Positions 50,090 to 59,402 of a DNA stretch of 64,000 bases are shown here, piece after piece. A program made the position numbers and the translations under genes. The notes under the pieces were generated by a model. That model made no database searches, had not been told where the DNA came from, and worked only from the letters and a program-made list of their open reading frames with translations. Source of the DNA: Spirochaetota bacterium (lineage in GTDB: Bacteria; Spirochaetota; UBA4802; UBA5550); contig CAXXHB010000003.1 in the NCBI GenBank assembly GCA_963664815.2, forward strand, positions 1,504,001 to 1,568,000, read 5' to 3'. Each line of letters begins with the position of its first letter. Position 1 is the first letter of the stretch.

Positions 50090-51352
50090 ATGAACAGAAT
50101 TACAAACTCAATGATAAATAACACGATGACCTATAATCTGCAGAGACAACAGACAGATATGGATACCCTCCAGAATCAGCTTGGGACAGGGAAAACTGTA
50201 CAGTTGCCACGTGATAATCCAATCGCTGCAACAAACCAGATGATGTACCGGACACGTCTTTCCGAGATTGATCAGTATATTTCCAATATAAATGAAACTC
50301 AATCAAGGCTGAATGAGGTTGATACTGCACTTCAGTCAACTCTTCGAATTTTCCAGAGAATCAGAGAGCTTTCTGTTCAGGGTGCTAATGGTATTTATTC
50401 CAACTTTGAAAGAAAGGAGGCTGCCGCAGCTGAAATAAATCAGCTGCTTGAGGAGGTAGTAAGTCTTGCTAATACAAGGGGTGCAACAGGCAAAGCAATA
50501 TTCGGCGGATTTAAAACCGGTACGGAAGATCAGCCTAATCCATTCGTCCCGATATATATGACTCTTACTGCGGGAAGGCAGGGAGATGCAATGATCGGTG
50601 TTGAATATCGAGGAAATATCGGCCAGCAGGCAAGGGAAGTCGGAAAAAATGATTTTATGAATGTAAATATACCGGGAAATAAAGTTTTCTGGGCAACAGA
50701 TCAGATGCTCACCTCAAGCCTTGATGCGACTAATTATAATCCGACGACAAATCAGAAAATAAAAATCGATGGCAAGGAGATCTCAATATCTGCAGGAGAT
50801 AACATTGATATAATAATAGATAAAATCAATAATGCCGGATTAAATGTCAATGCGGCGAAGGGAGGAGTCAACAATCTAATTCTGTCAACAACTACACCTC
50901 ACCAGATATGGCTTGAGGATATGGGGAGCGGCACTGTTCTTCAGGATCTGGGTATAATCAACAAGAATTATCCCCAGCCTCCGAACAATATAGATTCCAC
51001 AGTAACGATAGGGGGCATGTCTATTTTTGAGATGATCATACAGGTAAGAGACGATCTGGTGCGTGGAGACCAGGAGCTTGTAGGGGGAAGAGATTTAGGT
51101 CTTATAGATATGGCTCTTGATAATATACTCAAGCATCTTGCATCAACAGGGGCTAAACAGAACAGAGCTGATGAGCTTGCAAAAAAAGCTGAATATGAAA
51201 AAGGGAATGTAACAGAGATTCTTGCTAAAAATGAAGGAATAGATTATCCTGAAACAATAATGAACTTCAAATGGCTTGAAAGCGTTCATGAATACGCCCT
51301 TTCAGTCGGAGCTAAAACAATAAGATCCACTTTAATGGATTTTTTAAGATAA
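50090..51352 (+). CDS. flgL: Flagellar hook-associated protein 3
   Basis: Flagellin-like N-terminus (TGK..PRDNP), IFGG, C-terminal TLMDFLR. Confidence 0.95.
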   Translation: MNRITNSMINNTMTYNLQRQQTDMDTLQNQLGTGKTVQLPRDNPIAATNQMMYRTRLSEIDQYISNINETQSRLNEVDTALQSTLRIFQRIRELSVQGANGIYSNFERKEAAAAEINQLLEEVVSLANTRGATGKAIFGGFKTGTEDQPNPFVPIYMTLTAGRQGDAMIGVEYRGNIGQQAREVGKNDFMNVNIPGNKVFWATDQMLTSSLDATNYNPTTNQKIKIDGKEISISAGDNIDIIIDKINNAGLNVNAAKGGVNNLILSTTTPHQIWLEDMGSGTVLQDLGIINKNYPQPPNNIDSTVTIGGMSIFEMIIQVRDDLVRGDQELVGGRDLGLIDMALDNILKHLASTGAKQNRADELAKKAEYEKGNVTEILAKNEGIDYPETIMNFKWLESVHEYALSVGAKTIRSTLMDFLR

Positions 51353-51435
51353 TATCTTTAACATGTCATGTCAGTAGATATTGAACAATCAGTTTTAATG
51401 TGTTGTAATGTTAATAATAATTGTGAGGTTTATGC

Positions 51436-51897
51436 TTGAGTATAAAAGTTGACACCAAACCTTTTGGAGAAATAGAGGTAAATGAACTTCAAATCATCGA
51501 TTTTCCGGAAGGAATTCTCGGATTTGATTTTATTAAAAAATTTATTATAATGGATGCTGAAGACGAAGGCTCACCATTTAAGTGGATGCAGGCTTTTGAT
51601 GAAAAGAATCTCGCATTTGTAATAATACAACCGGTTGATTTTATGGGCGAATATGAACTGGTTATTTCACAGAGTGATCTCGAAACTGTAAAATCTGAAA
51701 ATATAGATGAACTTATCACTTTTGCAATTGTTACAATTCCCGATAACCCAAGAAAAATGACTGCTAATCTTCAGGGACCTATTATTATCAATCCTGTAAA
51801 AAGAATAGGGAAACAGGCAATTTCGATGAGCGAACGCTATTCAGTCCGTCATAATATCCTTGACGAAATGAAAAAACATACAAAGGCGGGAGGATGA
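51436..51897 (+). CDS. fliW: Flagellar assembly factor FliW
   Basis: [27 protein letters not shown]. Confidence 0.95.
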   Translation: MSIKVDTKPFGEIEVNELQIIDFPEGILGFDFIKKFIIMDAEDEGSPFKWMQAFDEKNLAFVIIQPVDFMGEYELVISQSDLETVKSENIDELITFAIVTIPDNPRKMTANLQGPIIINPVKRIGKQAISMSERYSVRHNILDEMKKHTKAGG

Positions 51898-51901
51898 GAT
51901 T

Positions 51902-52147
51902 ATGCTTGTTCTTGCCAGAAGATTGAATGAAAGTATAATGATAGGCGATGATATTGAAGTCGTTGTGATAGATATTAAAGGTGATCAGGTTAAACTGGGA
52001 ATTAAAGCTCCAAGAAAAATCACAGTTCACAGGAAAGAAATTTATCAGGAAATAAAACAGGAAAATATTGCTGCAATCAGTTCTGATTTTGATCCTAATA
52101 CGTTAAGAGATCTGTCTGACTTATTTAAAAAAGATAAAAAGAAATGA
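51902..52147 (+). CDS. csrA: Carbon storage regulator
   Basis: [31 protein letters not shown]. Confidence 0.97.
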   Translation: MLVLARRLNESIMIGDDIEVVVIDIKGDQVKLGIKAPRKITVHRKEIYQEIKQENIAAISSDFDPNTLRDLSDLFKKDKKK

Positions 52148-52809
52148 ACAGCTACAGTCTTGTGTGTGCTCTTTCATCTGTATTTTTAATTTTTTTTATA
52201 ATGAGAGAGTATTTTGCTTATAAAAAGAATCTTTTTCTGAAATATTTTTTTACTCCATCATTGACATTAATACTTACAATAATGACTGTTCTATCAATTA
52301 TACAAAATGGATCTGAAAGATACAGAGTAATGATACTATTATCTTTGTTGATGGCGTTAATTGCCGATACGCTGTTAATGATAGAGGAAATTAATCTTTT
52401 AAAAAACGGGATAATTTTTTTTATTATGGCTCATGTTTTTTATATCATAGCATTTTCAGAATGTTTATCATTTAAGCCATGGAATTTAATCCTGATTGCA
52501 ATAATCGTATTTTTAAATTTCATATATATAAAAAAACTGGCAGCAACAGGGAATAAGATGTTAATACCTGTTCTGTTCTATATATTTATTTTGAACATGA
52601 TGGTCTATTCTGCAATAATAAGATTAAATAATGGAGTTTCTGTTTCTGCTGTTCTAGCTGCATCAGGAGCTATTATGTTTATTTTTTCAGATTTTATACT
52701 TTCGGTTAATGCATTTATAAAACCGGTGAAAAACAGTACGGTAATTACGTGGTTATTATATGCTCCAGCTCAGTATCTTATTGTTTTATCAACATTTACA
52801 AATAATTAA
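52144..52809 (+). CDS. YhhN family (lysoplasmalogenase-like) membrane protein
   Basis: [27 protein letters not shown]. Confidence 0.85.
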   Translation: MNSYSLVCALSSVFLIFFIMREYFAYKKNLFLKYFFTPSLTLILTIMTVLSIIQNGSERYRVMILLSLLMALIADTLLMIEEINLLKNGIIFFIMAHVFYIIAFSECLSFKPWNLILIAIIVFLNFIYIKKLAATGNKMLIPVLFYIFILNMMVYSAIIRLNNGVSVSAVLAASGAIMFIFSDFILSVNAFIKPVKNSTVITWLLYAPAQYLIVLSTFTNN

Positions 52810-53052
52810 AACAGCTTATTTTGATGACATATAAACAAACCAGAAATTAGTCGTAACAATAATTTGTAAAAAAATAATGTTACATTAATATAAAAAATAT
52901 AGAATTGATGGTAAAATAGTCGTCAATAAAGGCTTGACTTTGATTAACGTTTTTTTAATTTGTCGAAACTTTTTATAAAATTAATTTTACATAAAATACA
53001 TTCAATTGCATTATTGTACAATTATTATAAATCAGACTTTTTGCCAAGCTGA

Positions 53053-53203
53053 TCAGGTTAAAAGGGATAAGTGAATTAATCTCTTTAAAACGCTCTCCGT
53101 AGTGCCGCACTTTTTGCACAGAGTTATTCGAAGCGGGGCTCACCTGTGAGTGTGAGATGTAGTTTCGCAACAGGTCAAATGTAATGATTCATTAAATTCC
53201 TGA
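53053..53203 (+). promoter_or_regulatory. Candidate structured 5' leader RNA of the PFOR gene
   Basis: GC-rich island with four hairpins closed by TCAGG/CCTGA; G-U pairs favour the + strand. Confidence 0.4.
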
Positions 53204-53258
53204 ACGGTTTGAAATTATTAAAAAAATAAATAAGTATTCAAATATATATAAAAGGAGA

Positions 53259-56200
53259 ATGAAGATGAATAAAAAGCAGATGAAGTCAATGGACGGTAAC
53301 CAGGCAGCAGCCCATGTGGCTTATGCTTTTACTGAAGTAGCAGCAATTTATCCCATTACTCCATCATCACCTATGGCGGAACATGTTGATGAATGGACGG
53401 CACATGGGAAGAGAAATATTTTCGGGAACATGGTCAAAGTGGCAGAGATGCAGTCTGAAGCGGGAGCTGCAGGTGCTTTGCATGGTTCACTTCAGGGGGG
53501 AGCTCTTACAACTACATTTACTGCTTCACAGGGATTGTTGCTCATGATTCCGAATATGTATAAAATTTCAGGAGAACTTCTTCCGGCGGTTTTTCATGTC
53601 ACCGCGAGAACACTGGCAGCGCATGCGCTTTCAATTTTTGGTGATCATTCAGATATTTATTCCGTCAGACAGACCGGATTTGCCATGCTTGCAAGCAGCA
53701 GCGTACAGGAGGTTATGGATCTTGCAGGTGTTGCACATCTTACAGCAATTAAAAGCAGGGTGCCGTTTCTGCATTTCTTTGATGGTTTCAGAACATCACA
53801 TGAAATTCAGAAAATAGAGGTTATTGATTACGAGGATCTTGAAAAACTTCTGGATTATGAAGCACTTGAGAGATTCAGGGCCAATGCGCTTAACCCTGAA
53901 AATTCGTGCACCAGAGGTACAAACCAGAATCCGGATATATTCTTTCAGGCGCGTGAAGCATCAAACAGGTTCTATGTCTCTCTTGATGATACTGTTGAAG
54001 AATACATGAAGGAAATTACAAAAATTACAGGCCGCGAATATCATCCTTTCACATACTATGGAGCGCCTGATGCTGAAAATATTATAATAGCAATGGGTTC
54101 TGTTACAGAAACAATTATTGAAGTAATAGATTATCTGCGGAAACAGGGTGAAAAGGTAGGACTGATAAATGTTCATCTTTACAGGCCATTTTCTGAAAAA
54201 TATTTGATGAAAGTTCTCCCTAAAACTGTAAAGAGAATAGCGGTTCTTGACAGAACAAAAGAGCCGGGAGCAAATGGGGAACCTTTATATCTGGATGTCA
54301 GGGATATATTTTATGGAAAACCGAATGCTCCTGTTATTGTGGGTGGAAGATATGGGTTGAGTTCAAAAGATACAACCCCGGAACAGATGTTTGCGGTTTA
54401 TAACAATCTGAAACTGCCTGAACCGAAGAATGGCTTTACCGTAGGGATTAATGATGATGTTACGTTTAAATCCCTTCCTCTTCCCGAAGCTGTGAGTGTC
54501 GTTGCCGATGGTACAATCGAGGCAAAATTTTATGGTATCGGGTCAGATGGAACTGTCGGAGCTAATAAAAATTCAATAAAAATTATTGGTGATACTACTG
54601 ATCTTTATTCTCAGGCATATTTCTCCTATGATTCAAAAAAATCAGGAGGTGCAACGGTATCGCATCTACGCTTCGGAAAATCCCCTATAAAATCGACATA
54701 CCTTATTTCACAGCCGGATTTTGTGGCCTGTCACGTTTCATCGTACATCTATAAATATGATATGCTCAAAGGGCTAAAAAAAGGTGGTACATTCCTTCTT
54801 AATATAGTGGGGGATGTTGAAGAGACAGTCGAAAAGCTTCCCGACAGAATGAAGTTATACATGGCCAAGAATAACATAAATTTTTATGTGATAAATGCTA
54901 CCAGAATTGCTGAGGAGATCGGACTCGGTTCCAGAACTAATACAATTATGCAGTCAGCTTTCTTCAAGCTTGCCAATGTTATTCCATATGAGAAGGCGAT
55001 GGCAGAAATGAAAGGTGCTGCCAAGAAGAGCTATGGTAACAAAGGTGATGATATCGTAAATATGAATTACGCAGCAGTTGATAAAGGCGCGGATGGTCTT
55101 GTGAAAATCAATATTCCTGAAAGCTGGAAGAATATTGACGGGAAATCTGACGGGAAGAGAACCGATATTACTGAATTTTTCGAGAAAATAGCATTGCCGA
55201 TCAATAACCTTGACGGTGATCTTCTGCCGGTAAGTGCATTTATAGGAAGAGAGGATGGTACTTTCCCTGCATCGACTACACAGTATGAAAAACGTGGAAT
55301 AGCAATAAATATTCCGGAATGGTTGCCTGAAAACTGTATACAATGTAATCAGTGTTCGTACGTATGCCCGCATGCTGCAATAAGGCCTTTCCTGCTAGAT
55401 GAAAAAGAAGCTGCAGGAGTAACACAGGGTACAAAACTTGTTGAAGCAAAAGGCAAAGGTCTTGAAGGTATGAAATTCAGAATACAGGTAAGTCCACTTG
55501 ACTGTACAGGCTGTGGAAACTGCTCACAGGTTTGTCCTGCAAAGGAGAAGGCCCTTGTGATGAAACACCTTGAAACTCAGCTGGGCGAAACAAAGAACTG
55601 GAATTATATCAGTGCGAATGTTACATACAAGAACACTCTGATGCCGGTAAATACGGTAAAAGGAAGTCAGTTCTCACAGCCTTTGTTTGAGTTTTCCGGG
55701 GCGTGCGCAGGTTGCGGTGAAACTCCCTATATAAAACTGATTACACAGCTTTACGGCGAGAGAATGATGATCTCAAATGCAACAGGTTGTTCTTCAATTT
55801 ACAGTGGTGCAGCACCGGCAACCCCATACTGCAGAAATTCAAAAGGTCATGGTCCTGCATGGGCTAACTCGCTTTTCGAGGATAATGCTGAATATGGATT
55901 TGGTATGAATCTTGGTGTTGAACAGATGAGAAACAGGATTGCGGACCTTACGGATATTTATAATTCCGAAGGAAGCTCATCTGAACTGAAATCTCTTTTA
56001 AGCCAATGGAAGGCTGAGAGAAATAATGCAGAGAAAACAAAAGTGCTTGTAGAAAAAATTGTACCAATTCTTGAAAAGGATAATTCCAAATCTGCAAAAG
56101 AGATTTATAAACTGAAGCAATACATTGTTAAAAAATCACAGTGGATATTCGGAGGCGACGGATGGGCATATGATATAGGTTACGGCGGACTTGATCATGT

Positions 56201-56786
56201 TGTTGCATCAGGTGAGGATGTAAATATACTGGTAATGGATACTGAAGTTTATTCGAATACCGGGGGTCAGTCATCTAAAGCAACTCCTACTGCCGCTGTT
56301 GCAAAATTCGCAGCATCAGGTAAAAAGATAAGGAAAAAAGACCTTGGTATGATGCTTATGTCATACGGATATGCTTATGTTGCCCAGGTAAATATGGGGG
56401 CCAATCAGTCACAATACCTGAAAGCATTGATGGAGGCTGAAGCTTTTCCCGGTCCATCTGTCCTGATTGCATATTCGCCATGTATTAATCATGGTTTGAG
56501 ATCAGGAATGGGGAAATCACAATATGAAGCCAAGCTTGCTGCTGAGTGCGGCTACTGGAGCATGTGGAGATATAATCCGTTACTTGAAGCTGAGGGCAAG
56601 AATCCGTTTATACTTGATTCAAAAGAACCTGATTTCAGTAAATTTCAGTCTTTCCTTGCAGGTGAAGTGAGATATTCTTCTTTGAAAAAAGAATTCCCGG
56701 ATAAAGCGGATGAGCTTTTTGCTGAAGCTGAAAGGAATGCAAAATGGAGATTTAACAGGTATCTGAAACTTTCAGAGAGTAATTAA
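53259..56786 (+). CDS. nifJ: Pyruvate:ferredoxin (flavodoxin) oxidoreductase
   Basis: AIYPITPSS, EMQSEAGAAG, two CxxCxxCxxxCP, GACAGCGET, GGDGWAYDIG, YSNTGGQ. Confidence 0.98.
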   Translation: MKMNKKQMKSMDGNQAAAHVAYAFTEVAAIYPITPSSPMAEHVDEWTAHGKRNIFGNMVKVAEMQSEAGAAGALHGSLQGGALTTTFTASQGLLLMIPNMYKISGELLPAVFHVTARTLAAHALSIFGDHSDIYSVRQTGFAMLASSSVQEVMDLAGVAHLTAIKSRVPFLHFFDGFRTSHEIQKIEVIDYEDLEKLLDYEALERFRANALNPENSCTRGTNQNPDIFFQAREASNRFYVSLDDTVEEYMKEITKITGREYHPFTYYGAPDAENIIIAMGSVTETIIEVIDYLRKQGEKVGLINVHLYRPFSEKYLMKVLPKTVKRIAVLDRTKEPGANGEPLYLDVRDIFYGKPNAPVIVGGRYGLSSKDTTPEQMFAVYNNLKLPEPKNGFTVGINDDVTFKSLPLPEAVSVVADGTIEAKFYGIGSDGTVGANKNSIKIIGDTTDLYSQAYFSYDSKKSGGATVSHLRFGKSPIKSTYLISQPDFVACHVSSYIYKYDMLKGLKKGGTFLLNIVGDVEETVEKLPDRMKLYMAKNNINFYVINATRIAEEIGLGSRTNTIMQSAFFKLANVIPYEKAMAEMKGAAKKSYGNKGDDIVNMNYAAVDKGADGLVKINIPESWKNIDGKSDGKRTDITEFFEKIALPINNLDGDLLPVSAFIGREDGTFPASTTQYEKRGIAINIPEWLPENCIQCNQCSYVCPHAAIRPFLLDEKEAAGVTQGTKLVEAKGKGLEGMKFRIQVSPLDCTGCGNCSQVCPAKEKALVMKHLETQLGETKNWNYISANVTYKNTLMPVNTVKGSQFSQPLFEFSGACAGCGETPYIKLITQLYGERMMISNATGCSSIYSGAAPATPYCRNSKGHGPAWANSLFEDNAEYGFGMNLGVEQMRNRIADLTDIYNSEGSSSELKSLLSQWKAERNNAEKTKVLVEKIVPILEKDNSKSAKEIYKLKQYIVKKSQWIFGGDGWAYDIGYGGLDHVVASGEDVNILVMDTEVYSNTGGQSSKATPTAAVAKFAASGKKIRKKDLGMMLMSYGYAYVAQVNMGANQSQYLKALMEAEAFPGPSVLIAYSPCINHGLRSGMGKSQYEAKLAAECGYWSMWRYNPLLEAEGKNPFILDSKEPDFSKFQSFLAGEVRYSSLKKEFPDKADELFAEAERNAKWRFNRYLKLSESN

Positions 56787-56790
56787 CAAT

Positions 56791-56825
56791 ATATAAAGGG
56801 CTATCGTTTTGATAGCCCTTTATAT
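56791..56825. terminator. Terminator hairpin between convergent nifJ and 6S RNA
   Basis: ATATAAAGGGCTATC-GTTTT-GATAGCCCTTTATAT 15-bp inverted repeat. Confidence 0.85.
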
Positions 56826-56857
56826 CACGCATATAAATTTTTTTCATGTTATTAGAA

Positions 56858-57031
56858 TACCCGTAGATGCCGCGTAGTCAAAGTTTTTAGAACCTGGAAA
56901 CCAGGTGGGTTCCCGCATATGATATCAGGTCTTCTCCTCGAGAGAGTATGATCTTTAATCATAAATATTGAGATCCCAAAATTTTTGTAGGTTCAAAACA
57001 TTGTATGACTAATCACGGGCACCACAGGCAT
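56858..57031 (-). ncRNA. ssrS: 6S RNA
   Basis: About 175-nt rod: closing stem TGCCTGTGGTGCC..TAGTCA / TGACTA..GGCATCTACGGGTA; TTTGAACC, A-rich bubble and GGGA on the 5' strand; CCCACCTG..CAGGTTC on the 3' strand, matching 6S conserved regions. Confidence 0.8.
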
Positions 57032-57237
57032 AATGGAAATAAAAAAGAGAGGTTATATTTAGGCAACAATTTTTTAATTATTGACAATAATTAAAAAATG
57101 AAAATGAAATATTTTAATTCACAATAAATTGTTAAAAAATTTCAGGTCTATATTTTCTTGAAATCCGGTTGTTTTAATTAATAATATTTGAATATTGTTT
57201 TATATATAATAATGATATAGTAAATAAGGAAGTTATA

Positions 57238-57954
57238 ATGTTAAAAAGTTATTTTATTGATTTTAATAAAAAAATTGTAAAAAAAGCATCGGTTGCAAAA
57301 TCAGCTTCTACGAAGGGAAGTGCAAAAAAAAACAGTTTAAATATTGATTTTAATGCTTTTACAGAAAAATTGGATGGTATAATACCCAGAAAATTACGCG
57401 TTGATTCATTAAAACCAGTAGATAGTTCAGGTTTCTCACCAGATGGAACAGATTTAATCGTTTATAGTGAATATTGCAGAGATATAAAAACTCTTTTAAA
57501 TGGTTATATTCCCTATGAACTGATTCATGGAGCTTTTTTTCTCGTGAATGATCTTAATAAGAGTTCATTGGCGGATGTATTCGGGCGTGTTGCAACATTA
57601 AAAAAAATAAATCATTTTACAGATGCTGCAGGAACATTTAATATCCCGTCATTTATTATAACCAATAATAATCCGGATTATACACTCTCTGAAATAAAAA
57701 ATGATGTTATAAACTACTGTATGTCAAAAAATATTTCTTCCGAATCTGAATTTGAGATAATTATGATACATAATACCGGATTATTGATAAAAGACTGGCA
57801 TAAGGGAGATCACAGGTTTATAGGTCTTGAGACGGGAGAAGATACTATGATGTGGTTTTTTATACTGATGAATGAATATCTTGATGTTGAAAGAGAAGAT
57901 GTTTTTGATGTACGAAATTATGTCAGGACAGAAAAATCATATAATGAGTTTTAA
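57238..57954 (+). CDS. Hypothetical protein, possibly a degenerate DUF6602/PD-(D/E)xK-like fold
   Basis: VDSSGFS..TDLIVY..IPYELI..LADVF.RVATLKKI pattern. Confidence 0.6.
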   Translation: MLKSYFIDFNKKIVKKASVAKSASTKGSAKKNSLNIDFNAFTEKLDGIIPRKLRVDSLKPVDSSGFSPDGTDLIVYSEYCRDIKTLLNGYIPYELIHGAFFLVNDLNKSSLADVFGRVATLKKINHFTDAAGTFNIPSFIITNNNPDYTLSEIKNDVINYCMSKNISSESEFEIIMIHNTGLLIKDWHKGDHRFIGLETGEDTMMWFFILMNEYLDVEREDVFDVRNYVRTEKSYNEF

Positions 57955-58031
57955 TTTGTATGTTTTTTTAATTATTCTTGACATTCTTTATTAAATATAC
58001 TAATTTAAAAAAAAATGTTAAGGGGATAATA

Positions 58032-59165
58032 GTGTTACGTATAAAAAAGACTACTTATAAATTATTGTTACTGTTAATTGCAGGATTCATCTTATTACCT
58101 GAACCTGAATCCCTAAAAGCAGCAGCCACAGTGGCTAACAAAGATGTGATCCTGGTGCTTGATACATCGTTAAGCATGGTAGGATATCAGGGTAAAAACA
58201 TTCTTGATTCTGTTAAAGGGAGCGTTAATTCCTATATTGACAGTCTTCAGGATGGTGACAGGGTTACTTTTGTAACATTTGATGAACAGGTTAAAGTATA
58301 TCCGCAGGTTTTGATTGATGATCAGAATGATAGAGATATAGTTAAAAAATATATATCTATAACTGAAGCAAAAGGGCAGTGGACATATACGCTGGATATG
58401 CTCAAAACAGTTTTCGCTCTTGCGGATAAACTTACAAAAGAGTCGGCACAGAGCAATACTGAATTAAAGAGAAATGTTGTTATAGTTATCATGAGCGATG
58501 GACTTGATGATCCACCCCCGACAAAGGTTAAAGAAAAGTTTGATTTGAAAAAGGTTTCGGCTCAATATAGTGGTAACGACTGGTGGATATATCTTGTCAA
58601 TCTAGATGAACTTCAAAAATCTAAAGAAATAACGGCGGCTCAGAAGAATTTATTAAATGAATTGAATAAGGTAAGCAGTAATACAAGTATGCTTGATGGC
58701 AGTGATCCCAATAAGGCTATTAATGATGCTCTAAAAAAAGATATCGAACGTAGAGAAAAGGAACAATTTTATAAGCTGTTAGCTGTATCTTCGGCTGCAC
58801 TTATTCTGCTTTTAATTATTATTATAGTAATTGTTAAAATCAGGGCAATAAAAATTATCGGACATCTTGAATACTGGAACCATGAATTATTAAAACCTGA
58901 AGTTTTTACTATATCATTGACAAACCATGAGAAGAAAGAAATCGTTCTTGGAAGAACAAGTACGTGTACAATCAAACTCAGGGAATATGAATCGCGTATA
59001 CCTTTCACTTTGAAAGCAGTGAGAAAAAGCGGGAAAGTTCTGATTAAAATAAGTCATGAAGAAGGTCTCAATCTGGCCTTTAAAAACAAGGAAGCTGATG
59101 GATTTGTGCTTAATGGCGATATTTTTAGTGCTTCCAATATGAGTTTTAGGTATCTTGCTGAGTAA
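58032..59165 (+). CDS. Membrane-anchored vWA domain protein with FHA-like C-terminus
   Basis: Signal, MIDAS DTSLS..T..SDG, TM helix, IVLGRTSTCTIKL; AGGGG RBS before GTG 58032. Confidence 0.85.
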   Translation: MLRIKKTTYKLLLLLIAGFILLPEPESLKAAATVANKDVILVLDTSLSMVGYQGKNILDSVKGSVNSYIDSLQDGDRVTFVTFDEQVKVYPQVLIDDQNDRDIVKKYISITEAKGQWTYTLDMLKTVFALADKLTKESAQSNTELKRNVVIVIMSDGLDDPPPTKVKEKFDLKKVSAQYSGNDWWIYLVNLDELQKSKEITAAQKNLLNELNKVSSNTSMLDGSDPNKAINDALKKDIERREKEQFYKLLAVSSAALILLLIIIIVIVKIRAIKIIGHLEYWNHELLKPEVFTISLTNHEKKEIVLGRTSTCTIKLREYESRIPFTLKAVRKSGKVLIKISHEEGLNLAFKNKEADGFVLNGDIFSASNMSFRYLAE

Positions 59166-59258
59166 AATAAATGTTTTTTTTAAGATGATGCCGATAATAT
59201 GTGTATATTAATTTCTAATAAAGAATAAATTTTTATTCTTTATTAATAGAAATAAATC

Positions 59259-59286
59259 TTGACATAGGACATATTGTTGTTATCTT
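59259..59286 (+). promoter_or_regulatory. Putative sigma70 promoter of cfpA
   Basis: TTGACA-N16-TATCTT with TG extended -10. Confidence 0.5.
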
Positions 59287-59402
59287 TATCTTTAATTATA
59301 AAAAGTAAAATAACTGATGAAGGTATTATAGGCAGTTTCTAACAGTTACAGGAAGTATGATAGTAAACCGTGTTTTGTTATATATTTAAGGAGGATTAAA
59401 TA

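Noticed and set aside
52973-53170. 65-aa minus-strand ORF in the nifJ leader
   Set aside because: No motif or RBS; the GC content is better explained by RNA structure
59168-59197. sigma28-like GCCGATAA upstream of cfpA
   Set aside because: The nearest suitable TAAA is 18 nt away rather than 15, and a sigma70-like promoter lies closer
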